This document shows, piece by piece, positions 9,264 through 18,398 of a stretch of 61,763 bases of DNA. Position 1 is the stretch's first letter. Every line of letters starts with the position of its first letter. The position numbers and the translations under genes were made by a program. The notes below the pieces were generated by a model that was not told where the DNA came from, ran no database searches, and saw nothing but the letters and a program-made list of their open reading frames with translations. Source of the DNA: Candidatus Moraniibacteriota bacterium (GTDB taxonomy: Bacteria; Patescibacteriota; Minisyncoccia; Moranbacterales; UBA2206). The stretch is taken from positions 1-61,763 of the forward strand of contig DPJH01000004.1 of NCBI GenBank assembly GCA_003543115.1, given 5' to 3'.

Positions 9264-9623
9264 ATGGTTATGCTGATAATCGGAATAACAGGGATTAGAA
9301 GAAGAGAAGAAGCTTGTCATTTTCTCATCGCTGATTTGAAGACTGCAGTCGCTGGAATTAAAGAATTGGGGGTTTCTTCTGAGGAGGTTAGAATATATGT
9401 CTTTGACTCCACCCAAGAAGATAGAACAGAGGTGATTGCGGTTGTGACAAATCTTGCCAGGGGAGAAGTTCGAGATCCGGAAGTCCAGCAGCGCCTGGTC
9501 GATGTGGTTTACGAAGAACTGAAAAAATTCATCCAAGGCAGTAGAATTACTTATGTGAGTGGGATTACTGTGCTTCCTGAATTCAGGAAAGATGGTTATC
9601 GCAGTGAGCGAATTCACTGGTAA
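9264..9623 (+). CDS. Hypothetical protein
   Basis: ORF with a strong SD (taaggagga) about 7 nt upstream and a terminator immediately after. No recognisable family. Confidence 0.55.
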   Translation: MVMLIIGITGIRRREEACHFLIADLKTAVAGIKELGVSSEEVRIYVFDSTQEDRTEVIAVVTNLARGEVRDPEVQQRLVDVVYEELKKFIQGSRITYVSGITVLPEFRKDGYRSERIHW

Positions 9624-9646
9624 AAACAACGAAGCGTCAATTATGA

Positions 9647-9688
9647 GCGGTGCAGGAAACAGGATTTCCCGCACCGCCTTTTTATTTT
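9647..9688 (+). terminator. Rho-independent terminator
   Basis: gcggtgcaggaaa-cagga-tttcccgcaccgc (12-bp stem, one mismatch) followed by ctttttatttt. Confidence 0.8.
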
Positions 9689-9752
9689 CCGCGCTGGATT
9701 TTCAATGGACGGGATGGTAAAATAAAAATAGATATTGCTGTTTATATGGGAT

Positions 9753-9826
9753 TGGAGCATCGTTTTAATATGGCAAGACGGCAAAATTTGAATTTGCATT
9801 TCGGGGTTCGACTCCCTGTGCTCCAG
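9753..9826 (+). tRNA. tRNA-Gln (anticodon UUG)
   Basis: Hand-folded 74-nt cloverleaf. Acceptor tggagca/tgctcca (U1-A72, G73, as in bacterial tRNA-Gln). D stem gttt/agac with GG in the loop. Anticodon stem gcaaa/tttgc, loop a-t-TTG-a-a. T arm cgggg-ttcgact-ccctg. CCA is not encoded. Confidence 0.85.
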
Positions 9827-9861
9827 CATCTTCCCTAAGAAAAATTATTCAGTTAAAAATT

Positions 9862-10401
9862 ATGAAAATTCAGGGCGAGAAGATATATCTCAAAAAAGGA
9901 CTGGAGGAAGAAAATTATCCTCTGCTTTTGGCATGGTTCCATGATTTGGAAGTAATGCGGTATATCGGCTGGGTGAAGAGGGGAATGGCGCTTAAAAATA
10001 TTGGAGAACTGAAAAAATTTATTTCAGAATTAGAAGGCGGAATTATCTTTGGAATATATAGCAAGCAAGATATTTTTATCGGCTACGCTTCATTTAGTGA
10101 TTTTCGGGAGAAAGAGGAATGTGAGTTCGGAATATTCATTCTTGATAAGAATTATCAAGGCAAAGGCATCGGAAGGGATGTGACGAGACTGATGTTGGAA
10201 TATGGTTTTGGCGAGTTAAATATGAAAAAAATAATTCTGAGCACCAGTGAATTCCACGAGAATGCCATTTCTCTCTATGAGAAGGCAGGATTCAAAAGAA
10301 CCGAACTGATTCCCAATGACAGAACAATCTTTCGCAACGGGGAATGGGTGCTGAGCGGAACGGTGGAAATGGAAATTACGCGAGAAGAGTTTTATGCTTG
10401 A
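9862..10401 (+). CDS. GNAT family N-acetyltransferase (RimJ/RimL-like)
   Basis: ...FGIFILDKNYQGKGIGRDVTRLMLEYGF... and ...AISLYEKAGFKR motifs. Confidence 0.85.
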   Translation: MKIQGEKIYLKKGLEEENYPLLLAWFHDLEVMRYIGWVKRGMALKNIGELKKFISELEGGIIFGIYSKQDIFIGYASFSDFREKEECEFGIFILDKNYQGKGIGRDVTRLMLEYGFGELNMKKIILSTSEFHENAISLYEKAGFKRTELIPNDRTIFRNGEWVLSGTVEMEITREEFYA

Positions 10402-10477
10402 AATTTTATTTTAAGCTGTATTATTGGGTTGAATAATAGGAAAATAAAGATTTAACTTTTTATAGCAATATAAACAC

Positions 10478-11344
10478 ATGACCTGGTTTGTTTTTAGTGT
10501 CCTCTCGGTTTTTGCTTTGGCTGTAGCGGAGTTGATGCAGCAACATTTGCTAAATTTGAAAAATGCTTTTAATGCTAGAACAAGCGCTGTTTTGACTTTT
10601 CTTTTTCAATCCATTCTTTCTATACCACTTCTTTTTGCACTTGGCATATCTGATCAGATATCATCAATTTTTAACGCAACTGTTTTTCCAAAAATTATGA
10701 TAGTCAGTTTCCTGGGATCCTTGGCTATGATTTTCTATCTAAGAAGTTTTAGAGTAAAAAGCATTAGTATTTCGGCAATTTTTATCTCTTTGTCCGCAGT
10801 AGTTTCGACTTTTTTAGGAATCATATTTTTTTCCGAGTCAGTCAGTTATCTGAAATTCATCGGAATAGCTTTGGTTTTGGCGGCAATTATTGTGGTGAAT
10901 TATAAAAATGCTATTTTGGAGAAAAATAATTTATATGGATTGGTTGCTGGAATCATTTTTGGAATATTATACACTTTGGACAAAAGTATTGTGCTTGATA
11001 TTCATCCGCTTATTTATATTTTTTGGTCTTTCTTTATGCTGTCTCTTTGGGGTTTTGTTATGGGAAGAAAAGATGTTATAAATTCCGTTAGAAAGAAAAA
11101 TTTTTCTGCCTATAAGCCAATCATGGCTTCGGCAGTCGGATATTTTTTGTATAATTTTTTCACTTTTACAGCCTATCGATTTGGAGGGGAAGTAGGCAGG
11201 ATAGATGCTATAAATAATTCACAAATATTCCTGATTATTTTGTTTGAATTTTTTATCCTGAAACATACAAAAGGAATCGCTAGAAAATTATTAGCCGCCA
11301 GCTTAGCGATAGCGGGAATTTTTATTTTAGGCTTTACTCGTTAA
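10478..11344 (+). CDS. EamA/DMT family transporter
   Basis: About 10 hydrophobic segments in two halves, typical of the drug/metabolite transporter superfamily. Confidence 0.75.
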   Translation: MTWFVFSVLSVFALAVAELMQQHLLNLKNAFNARTSAVLTFLFQSILSIPLLFALGISDQISSIFNATVFPKIMIVSFLGSLAMIFYLRSFRVKSISISAIFISLSAVVSTFLGIIFFSESVSYLKFIGIALVLAAIIVVNYKNAILEKNNLYGLVAGIIFGILYTLDKSIVLDIHPLIYIFWSFFMLSLWGFVMGRKDVINSVRKKNFSAYKPIMASAVGYFLYNFFTFTAYRFGGEVGRIDAINNSQIFLIILFEFFILKHTKGIARKLLAASLAIAGIFILGFTR

Positions 11345-11432
11345 AATTTTTAGAAATTTTGAAAAAGAAGCGACATTTGAACATTTGAATAATTTTCATT
11401 ATACTGAAATTATAATTATAAACTTAAAATAA

Positions 11433-12029
11433 ATGAAAAAAGCATGGATCATTTTGCCGATCATGGCTGGCGCAGTTTTTTTGGGAGGATGCGGAAAGAA
11501 AGATGAAGCTCCAAAAGCGACAGAGAAAAACAATTCAGTCGAGGAGAAGAGCGCAGGAGCAAAAAAAGAAAATGTCTCTGACAGGATTGCCGGCGGTTTG
11601 AAAGATTTGCTGTCGATGGGAAAGACAATGGAATGCGTTTCGCTGGAAAATGGAGTGGAAACCAAGGTGTATATTAAAGGAGAAAAATATAAATCAGTTA
11701 CCAAGTCCAAAGAAACAAGCATGGTAGGAATTTTTGACAGCGAAGCTTTCTATGGCTGGGACACAAAAACCAAGGCTGGAACAAAAATGACCATGGCTTG
11801 CATAAAGGATTTGGAAAAAAACATGCCAAAATCAGCAGAAGCCAAAGACGAAGAAATTTTTAGCTCGGCGGACGAATTGATTGAAGAGGAAGCTAAGAAT
11901 GACAATTGCAAAGAGGCAAGCGAAGATGTTGATTTCTCCATTCCGACTGACATAAGTTTTGTCGATCAATGCGCTATGCTAAAGGGCATTTCTGAGAACA
12001 TGAAGGATTTCCAGATTCCAACAGAGTAG
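11433..12029 (+). CDS. Putative lipoprotein
   Basis: MKKAWIILPIMAGAVFLGGCGKK: signal peptide with the lipobox L-G-G-C. Confidence 0.7.
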   Translation: MKKAWIILPIMAGAVFLGGCGKKDEAPKATEKNNSVEEKSAGAKKENVSDRIAGGLKDLLSMGKTMECVSLENGVETKVYIKGEKYKSVTKSKETSMVGIFDSEAFYGWDTKTKAGTKMTMACIKDLEKNMPKSAEAKDEEIFSSADELIEEEAKNDNCKEASEDVDFSIPTDISFVDQCAMLKGISENMKDFQIPTE

Positions 12030-12048
12030 AGAAAATATTCGAATAGAC

Positions 12049-12076
12049 AAAAAAAGGAGACAATCTCCTTTTTTTG
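12049..12076. terminator. Bidirectional terminator between convergent genes
   Basis: aaaaaaggaga-caa-tctccttttttt. Confidence 0.75.
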
Positions 12077-12089
12077 TTTGAATTATTTT

Positions 12090-12731
12090 TTAGAGAAGTT
12101 TTTTCAACGCCTCTTGGATATCTTCGGTCAGGTGATTTATTTTCTCATTTTCTTCAGGAGAAAATCTTTCTAGGACGAAATCACCCGCTTCGACTCGCGG
12201 AGACCGCTCGTCGACGCGAGGCGGGTGGACGCCCATGCGGCATGAAGGCGTGTCTGTTTCGGTTTTTCTCCCGATGCCTATGCGCAGGCGAGTGAATTTT
12301 TGCGTGCTAAGATTGTCGATAATATTTTGGATTCCGTTGTGTCCGGCTGATCGAGAATCGGTAGAGATTTTGAAAGTCCCGATTTCAATATCCACTTCGT
12401 CTTGAATGACAATAATTTCCTCAGGCGCGAGTTTATAGAAATCAAGCATGGCTCGGACGGCAGTGCCGGAGAGATTCATGAATGTCTGAGGCTTTACCAA
12501 AATTAGTTTATGGTTCTCAGTTTTCCCGCCTGCCGATGAGGCAGGTAGTTTTCCCGCCTGCCGATGAGGCAGGTAGTTGCCTTCGGATATTTCGGCATTG
12601 AATTTTTTGTTAAAAGTAAATTCCGGAAAATCAAAATCTTTCTGCAGTTTTTCTACAATTTCAAAACCGATATTGTGGCGGGTGCCCTCATATTGCTTTC
12701 CCGGATTCCCTAGGCCTATTATGATTTTCAT
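12090..12731 (-). CDS. pth: Peptidyl-tRNA hydrolase with two GC-rich in-frame insertions
   Basis: MKIIIGLGNPGKQYEGTRHNIGF, LVKPQTFMNLSG, GHNGIQNI and RLRIGIG match Pth. There are extra segments compared with my recollection of the E. coli Pth sequence. Confidence 0.9.
   Translation of the reverse strand: MKIIIGLGNPGKQYEGTRHNIGFEIVEKLQKDFDFPEFTFNKKFNAEISEGNYLPHRQAGKLPASSAGGKTENHKLILVKPQTFMNLSGTAVRAMLDFYKLAPEEIIVIQDEVDIEIGTFKISTDSRSAGHNGIQNIIDNLSTQKFTRLRIGIGRKTETDTPSCRMGVHPPRVDERSPRVEAGDFVLERFSPEENEKINHLTEDIQEALKKLL
12521..12578. repeat. Tandem duplication (28-bp period) of a GC-rich hairpin element inside pth
   Basis: ttttcccgcctgccgatgaggcaggtag occurs twice in a row. Each unit contains the hairpin cctgcc-gatga-ggcagg. 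It is related to the element at 56147..56196. Confidence 0.85.
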
Positions 12732-12771
12732 GATTTGAAATTTAATCTGAATTAAGAATTGAAATTAAGGA

Positions 12772-14370
12772 TTATTTATCCAGCAAATTTATGTACATCT
12801 GATCGTCTTGGGCGGCATTGAGCTCATCCAATGTAGCTTCTTCCATATTATACCTCTCAACTAAATCTTTTCCAATGACAATGGTCATATCGAATTCTTT
12901 TTTCCCAAGAATCTTCGAATAGTCTTTATCCATATCATAGGAAACGTCAGCCGGAAGCTTAACAGCCAGTTCATCCAGGGTGAAAGGTTTTTGCCCATCA
13001 GTAGAATCATAGACAAGCGTATGTTCAATTATTTTTTTCGCAGGGTCGGAAATCAGTTCTACGTTTTTATAATTCAAATTATCCTGGAGCACCTTTTTTA
13101 TTTTGGAAATTATATGAAAATCACCGCTTTGATTGATAATAACCAGTTTGGCATTTTCTTTGGCAATTTCTTCTTTTCTTCTTTTGATCGTATTGAGGTC
13201 AAAAATATTTTTAGCTACATCATGAATCTCGCTATAGTTTCCCACGCGAGGAATGAGCACAAAGGCCCTGATGTCTCCATATTGGACATGGGAAACCTTA
13301 AGGAGGCTATCCTTGTTCCAGGCATCCACCACTACATTGTTAATATTATTAGTATCTAGTTTTTTGGCTAACTCAAAAAAACCGGGGAATTCTTCAACAT
13401 CAATATTGGTTTTAATATTGTCACCTAAGGTGTTGAAAAGATCATTGAGGGTAAAAACATTCATAAGGGTATTGGCGGAAAAAACTTTATTTTTGGCAGC
13501 TTGCATTATTTGTTGTTGTCTTTTGGCGCGGCCAAAATCTCCTTCCGGGTCGTCATGGCGCTCGCGCGCATATTTGAGCGCGGTGGCTCCATCCAGGTGG
13601 TTGAAACCTTTGGAAAGCTTGAATGTTTCATAGCTATAATTCGGTCCTGGGTAGCGTTCATCATAAATATCCCTTTCGCTGATCACATTTATTCCTCCAA
13701 TATCATCAATCGCTTTTTGGAAACCATCAAAATTTAGAATAATATAATAGTCAATGGAAAAACCGGTTACATGCTCAATGGTTTTTTGGATAACTTCAGC
13801 GGCTTTTTTTTCATCGTTTCCCGAGGAGGATAAGCCATATTGATAAACGGAATTTATTTTAGTGTTGATTTTGGCATCGGGAACAGGGACGTACAAATCT
13901 CGAGGGACAGACAGAAGCGCTACCCGATTAGTTTTAGCATCAATGCTGGCCACCATAAGGGTGTCAGTCAGATTCTGGCCAGGCTTTCCTTTGCCAGCCG
14001 TACCCAAAAGAAGAATATTGATTTGATCGTCATCATTGCCCTTGATAGGAGGCAAGTTTTGGTTAGCTATGGATTTTATGGCATTGAGGATTGATGAACT
14101 CGGATGGATTTCTGGATTCATTTTTTTCCCAATGCTATAGGTTTTATAGATGAAAAATCCGCCGTAGAAAATTCCGTAAAGAATAAAAAAGGAAAAAAGC
14201 CATAAAAAAAAGTTATAGACAATTTTTTTTACAATCGGCTTTTTAGGATTTTCAGCAAGGGGAGCAATATTTAAAATTGGACGGCGAACATCGCCCATGC
14301 GAGACATGTCTTTTGAGATGTGATTTGTTCTGTTTTCTTTTTTGATTATATCCATTTTTATATTTGTCAT
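12772..14370 (-). CDS. LytR-CpsA-Psr (LCP) family protein
   Basis: N-terminal TM segment, then INILLLGT...NLTDTLMVASID...ALLSVPRDLYVP and the later LCP core. Confidence 0.85.
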   Translation of the reverse strand: MTNIKMDIIKKENRTNHISKDMSRMGDVRRPILNIAPLAENPKKPIVKKIVYNFFLWLFSFFILYGIFYGGFFIYKTYSIGKKMNPEIHPSSSILNAIKSIANQNLPPIKGNDDDQINILLLGTAGKGKPGQNLTDTLMVASIDAKTNRVALLSVPRDLYVPVPDAKINTKINSVYQYGLSSSGNDEKKAAEVIQKTIEHVTGFSIDYYIILNFDGFQKAIDDIGGINVISERDIYDERYPGPNYSYETFKLSKGFNHLDGATALKYARERHDDPEGDFGRAKRQQQIMQAAKNKVFSANTLMNVFTLNDLFNTLGDNIKTNIDVEEFPGFFELAKKLDTNNINNVVVDAWNKDSLLKVSHVQYGDIRAFVLIPRVGNYSEIHDVAKNIFDLNTIKRRKEEIAKENAKLVIINQSGDFHIISKIKKVLQDNLNYKNVELISDPAKKIIEHTLVYDSTDGQKPFTLDELAVKLPADVSYDMDKDYSKILGKKEFDMTIVIGKDLVERYNMEEATLDELNAAQDDQMYINLLDK

Positions 14371-14499
14371 AATAATAACCCCACTTAACTATATCGGTCA
14401 AATTTTTGGCTTGTCTCAAGGAAAAAATACTATTGCCAAATGCCTTATTTTGTGCTAAACTGCGTGTAAGTTGCTTAATTAACCGTAAATAAAATAAAA

Positions 14500-15123
14500 G
14501 TGAAAAATATTCATCCTTCTAATGCCCTTGAGGAAGGCTATTATGGCGTTGGCGGTTTCATATTAGAAATAATGAAAGTTTTTTTGTTGGCTTTGGTAAT
14601 AATTATTCCTATTCGAGTTTTTCTTTTTCAGCCTTTTTTTGTTCAAGGAGCTTCCATGGAGCCTAATTTTGAAAATAATCAATATTTGATTGTAAATGAA
14701 TTCGGTTACAAGAAAACTAACGTGGGAATCGGAGATAAGAATCTCTTTACCGTAGAGCCTTTCAAGGATTTGGAACGTCAGGAAGTGATTGTTTTTCGCT
14801 ATCCGAAAAATCCCAGCCAATTTTTTATTAAAAGAATAATCGCTCTTCCCGGGGAAAGGATGGAATTAAAAAATGGAAAGGTTACCATATTCAACCATGA
14901 GAATCCCGATGGATTTGTTTTGGATGAAAGCGGTTATCTTTCCACTTCCGTAAAAACGATGGGAGATATGAATATCACGCTTAAAGATAAGGAATATTTC
15001 GTAATGGGGGATAACAGGATGTTCAGTTCGGATTCTCGTTCTTGGGGGCCTGTCGCGGAAGAAAATATTACAGGCAAGGCTTTTGTTCGAGCTTGGCCTT
15101 TAAATAAGGTCGCAGTATTTTAG
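14500..15123 (+). CDS. lepB: Signal peptidase I
   Basis: GASMEPNF (Ser box), KRIIALPGE and GDNRMFSSDSRSWGPV. GTG start. Confidence 0.9.
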   Translation: MKNIHPSNALEEGYYGVGGFILEIMKVFLLALVIIIPIRVFLFQPFFVQGASMEPNFENNQYLIVNEFGYKKTNVGIGDKNLFTVEPFKDLERQEVIVFRYPKNPSQFFIKRIIALPGERMELKNGKVTIFNHENPDGFVLDESGYLSTSVKTMGDMNITLKDKEYFVMGDNRMFSSDSRSWGPVAEENITGKAFVRAWPLNKVAVF

Positions 15124-15157
15124 TTTCGGATATCTAATTTTAACTTAAAAGCTTAAT

Positions 15158-15195
15158 ACTTAGTTTTCCATTCCAGGGAGTGGAAAACCAAGATC
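15158..15195 (+). repeat. Leader hairpin related to the ribosomal-operon heptamer family
   Basis: acttagttttcca-ttccagggag-tggaaaaccaagatc: perfect 8-bp core gttttcca/tggaaaac. The right arm aaaaccaagatc resembles the CTAAGAAC-type arms. Confidence 0.5.
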
Positions 15196-15210
15196 ATAAA
15201 TTACATCAAT

Positions 15211-16662
15211 ATGGGTAAAGATAACAAGAAAATTGTAAAAAAGCTAAAACCTGCAAAATTAGTGAAAGCAACAAAGAAAGAAGTGGTTAAAGCTGTTAAA
15301 ACGGAAAGAAAAACTAAAAATCGCAAAGAGGCTGTTAAAAAAGAATTGGAACCGATTGTTTTACAAGCCCCGAGGGGCATGAAAGATATTTTGCCGGAAG
15401 ACCAGCCATATTGGGAGCAGACAAGGAGAGTAACGGAAAAATTAGCCAGAGATTATGGATTTTCTCGAATTGATACTCCTCTTGTGGAATTCAGCAATCT
15501 CTTCAATCGCAGTATTGGTGATGGAACAGATGTTGTGGAAAAAGAACTATATAGTTTTACTACTAAGGGCGGCGATAAAGTAGCTCTAAGACCTGAAATG
15601 ACAGCGGGCGTTGCCAGAGCCTATATCCAACACGGCATGAACGTTTTGGGAAAGCCGGTAAAACTTTTTTCTACCGGACATGTTTATCGTCATGATAGGC
15701 CTCAGGAAGGAAGGCAGCGGGAATTCTATCAAATCAATTATGAGGCTTTTGGCGAACAGGATCCGATTTTGGATGCGCAAATGATTCAAGTGGCAACAAG
15801 AGTGGTGCAAAGTTTAGGCATCAAGGCTGTTCAAATCCAAGTGAATTCAATCGGTTGTCCGGTTTGCCGCAAGGATTATAAGGATCTTTTAGTGAGTTAT
15901 CTTGAATCTAAATCCAATAAATTGTGCGTGGATTGCAAAAGAAGATTGGATGTGAATCCGCTTCGTGTTTTGGATTGCAAAGAAGACAAGTGCTCTCAAG
16001 TAGCCGCTTCAGCTCCGCAATCAGTCGATCACTTGTGCGAAGAATGCCGCGTTCATTTCAAGAATCTTTTGGAATATTTGGATGAATTGGATTTGCCGTA
16101 TACTATCAATCCAAGATTGGTTCGCGGATTGGATTATTATACCAAAACAGTTTTTGAAATTTGGTCCGGTTCGGAAGAGGGAAGAAAAAGCGCTTTGGGC
16201 GGAGGAGGAAGATATGACGGATTGGTAAAATTGCTGGGAGGAGAGGCTACTCCTGCGATCGGCTTTGCGCTGGGAGCAGAAAGGCTCATTATCGAAATGA
16301 AGAGAGTCCAGGCAAAATCTTATAAAGGATTGAAGCCAAAGATTTTTCTAGCCCAGCTCGGTGAGATGGCCAAGAAAAAGAGTTTGCGTCTTTTTTCAGA
16401 ATTGGAAAAGAATGGAATTTTGGTGGCGGAGAGCTTCGGACGAGGAAGTTTGAAATCTCAGCTTCGGGTAGCCAATAGATTGGGAGTGGAAATGACTTTG
16501 ATCTTGGGACAAAAAGAAGCGCTGGACGGAACGGTGATCATTAAAAACATGATCAGTGGAGAACAGGAGACAGTCAGTTCTGCCAAGCTGATTGACTTGG
16601 TAAAACGAAAACTGAAAAATGACAATGTGGTGGTTTATCATGATAACCACGATAACCATTAA
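15211..16662 (+). CDS. hisS: Histidine--tRNA ligase with a Lys-rich N-terminal extension of about 50 aa
   Basis: APRGMKDILP, LRPEMTAGVARAY, RQREFYQ and GGGGRYDGL class II motifs. Confidence 0.95.
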   Translation: MGKDNKKIVKKLKPAKLVKATKKEVVKAVKTERKTKNRKEAVKKELEPIVLQAPRGMKDILPEDQPYWEQTRRVTEKLARDYGFSRIDTPLVEFSNLFNRSIGDGTDVVEKELYSFTTKGGDKVALRPEMTAGVARAYIQHGMNVLGKPVKLFSTGHVYRHDRPQEGRQREFYQINYEAFGEQDPILDAQMIQVATRVVQSLGIKAVQIQVNSIGCPVCRKDYKDLLVSYLESKSNKLCVDCKRRLDVNPLRVLDCKEDKCSQVAASAPQSVDHLCEECRVHFKNLLEYLDELDLPYTINPRLVRGLDYYTKTVFEIWSGSEEGRKSALGGGGRYDGLVKLLGGEATPAIGFALGAERLIIEMKRVQAKSYKGLKPKIFLAQLGEMAKKKSLRLFSELEKNGILVAESFGRGSLKSQLRVANRLGVEMTLILGQKEALDGTVIIKNMISGEQETVSSAKLIDLVKRKLKNDNVVVYHDNHDNH

Positions 16663-16673
16663 AATAAATATAT

Positions 16674-17027
16674 ATGGACGATTGTATTTTTTGTAAAATT
16701 ATCAAAAAAGAAATCCCGTCAGATATTATCTACGAAGATGAATACGTGCTGGCCTTTAAAGACAGAAACCCCATAGCGCCAGTCCACATTTTGATAATTC
16801 CAAAAAAACACATAGCCATGATAAGCGATTTGGATGAAGGAGATGAAAAGATAGCAGGAAGATTGATTATGACTGGGAAAAAAATAGCCCAAAATTTGGC
16901 AATTTCACATAAGGGGTATAAATTGCTGTTTCGGGTAGGCAAGGGTGGCGGCCAGGAGGTAATGCATATTCATTTGCATTTGATAGGAGGAGCTCGGCTA
17001 TATGAAGAAATAAGGCCGATTAGTTGA
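16674..17027 (+). CDS. HIT (histidine triad) family protein
   Basis: CIFCKII...APVHILIIPKKH...HIHLHLIGG. Confidence 0.9.
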   Translation: MDDCIFCKIIKKEIPSDIIYEDEYVLAFKDRNPIAPVHILIIPKKHIAMISDLDEGDEKIAGRLIMTGKKIAQNLAISHKGYKLLFRVGKGGGQEVMHIHLHLIGGARLYEEIRPIS

Positions 17028-17085
17028 CATTAGGGCAGATAACATGCAAAATGTTAATAGATAAATTAGGAAAGGAGGTTTTATT

Positions 17086-17340
17086 ATGATCGAAGTAAAA
17101 AAGAAAGACAGAGAAACATCTGAGAGTTTGATCAGGCGTTTTTCTCGTCGAGTGCAGCAAAGCGGAGTTTTGGTAAAAGCGAGAAAAACAAGATTTAGAA
17201 CGGATGAAAAAAGCAAGATTGAACTTCGCCAAGGCGCAATGTATAGGGCTAAAGTGAAAAAAGTCGTGGATCGTTTGAAAAAAATGGGCAAATTTGATGA
17301 TGAAAACTTCAGGCAAGCTAAGAAGAAAATCGTTAAATAA
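17086..17340 (+). CDS. rpsU: 30S ribosomal protein S21
   Basis: ESLIRRFSRRVQQSGVLVKARKTRF..., strong SD aaaggagg upstream. Confidence 0.85.
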   Translation: MIEVKKKDRETSESLIRRFSRRVQQSGVLVKARKTRFRTDEKSKIELRQGAMYRAKVKKVVDRLKKMGKFDDENFRQAKKKIVK

Positions 17341-17343
17341 CCA

Positions 17344-17412
17344 AATGCGAATAGTCGCGAATGTGAAGCGAATTTATTCAAAGGCATATAATTTTAATTA
17401 TTTGCGACAATC
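17344..17412 (+). repeat. TCGCGAAT...GCGACAAT leader element (family 2)
   Basis: aatgcgaatagtcgcgaatgtgaagcgaattta ... tatttgcgacaatc. The left and right ends are imperfectly complementary. Confidence 0.5.
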
Positions 17413-17415
17413 AAT

Positions 17416-17865
17416 ATGTTGAAACAAAAAATTTTTGAAGATCTAAAAGCTGCTATGAAAGCCGGAGAGACCGAAAAACGCGATGTTCTTCGCATGCTTG
17501 ATTCTATGATAAAAAACACTGAGATCGAACTTAAAAAAAGAGAAGAAGGACTCAGTGATGAACAAGTGTTGGAAGTCATTGGGAAAGCAGTCAAGCAAAG
17601 AAAAGATGCTATTACCCAATATCAAGAAGGCGGACGGCCGGAACTGGCTGAAAAAGAAAAGACGGAAGTGGAAATCCTTATGGCCTACATGCCTGAACAG
17701 CTGAGTGAAGAAAAAGTGCGAGAAGCTGTGTTGGAAATTATTGCCCAGACCGGAGCTGTCAGTAAGGCTGATATCGGGAAGGTGATGGGACAAGCCATGA
17801 ACAAGCTAAAAGGACAAGCTGATGGCAATGTGGTGAAAAAAATCGCAGAAGAGTCTTTGCAATAA
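17416..17865 (+). CDS. GatB/YqeY domain-containing protein
   Basis: LKAAMKAGE..KR.VLRML.S.IKN.EI... and QRKDAI.QY..GGRPELAEKE pattern. Confidence 0.85.
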   Translation: MLKQKIFEDLKAAMKAGETEKRDVLRMLDSMIKNTEIELKKREEGLSDEQVLEVIGKAVKQRKDAITQYQEGGRPELAEKEKTEVEILMAYMPEQLSEEKVREAVLEIIAQTGAVSKADIGKVMGQAMNKLKGQADGNVVKKIAEESLQ

Positions 17866-17879
17866 AGATTTTCAAATAT

Positions 17880-17912
17880 AAAAAATCCTTGGTTAACCAA
17901 GGATTTTTTTTG
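17880..17912 (+). terminator. Rho-independent terminator
   Basis: aaaaaatccttggtt-aaccaaggatttttttt. Confidence 0.85.
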
Positions 17913-17938
17913 TGTTATAATAATCACATTGTGAATTA

Positions 17939-18394
17939 ATGAAACAAATGAAATTAGATATTGAAGTCAATAATAAAACCAAAAGTCCTGTGGCTGATGA
18001 TTTTTTTGCAATGGTAGCTGAAAAGACGATACGGATTGCCGGCCATGATTTTTTGCAAGAAAAAAATGTTTCTATCAGCGTAGCTTTGGTTTCTGAGGAA
18101 GAAATGCAAAAAATAAACAGAGAAAGCAGGCATAAAGACAGCGTCACCGATATCTTGTCTTTTTTTGAATATGAGAACATTGAGAAGATAAAAAGCGCCA
18201 AGGAGAAAGAAATATTTTTAGGAGAGCTTATATTGTGTTATGATGATATAGGGAAATATGCGCACAAGGAAAACATAGAATTAAAAAAAGAATTGACAAA
18301 TGTTATTTCACACGGAGTGCTGCATCTTTTGGGCTTCTCTCATGGAGAAGAAATGTTTTCGATTCAAAAAAAAGTAATCAATGAAATTTGTTAA
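17939..18394 (+). CDS. ybeY: rRNA maturation RNase YbeY
   Basis: HGVLHLLGFSH zinc-binding motif near the C-terminus. Confidence 0.9.
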   Translation: MKQMKLDIEVNNKTKSPVADDFFAMVAEKTIRIAGHDFLQEKNVSISVALVSEEEMQKINRESRHKDSVTDILSFFEYENIEKIKSAKEKEIFLGELILCYDDIGKYAHKENIELKKELTNVISHGVLHLLGFSHGEEMFSIQKKVINEIC

Positions 18395-18398
18395 TAAT

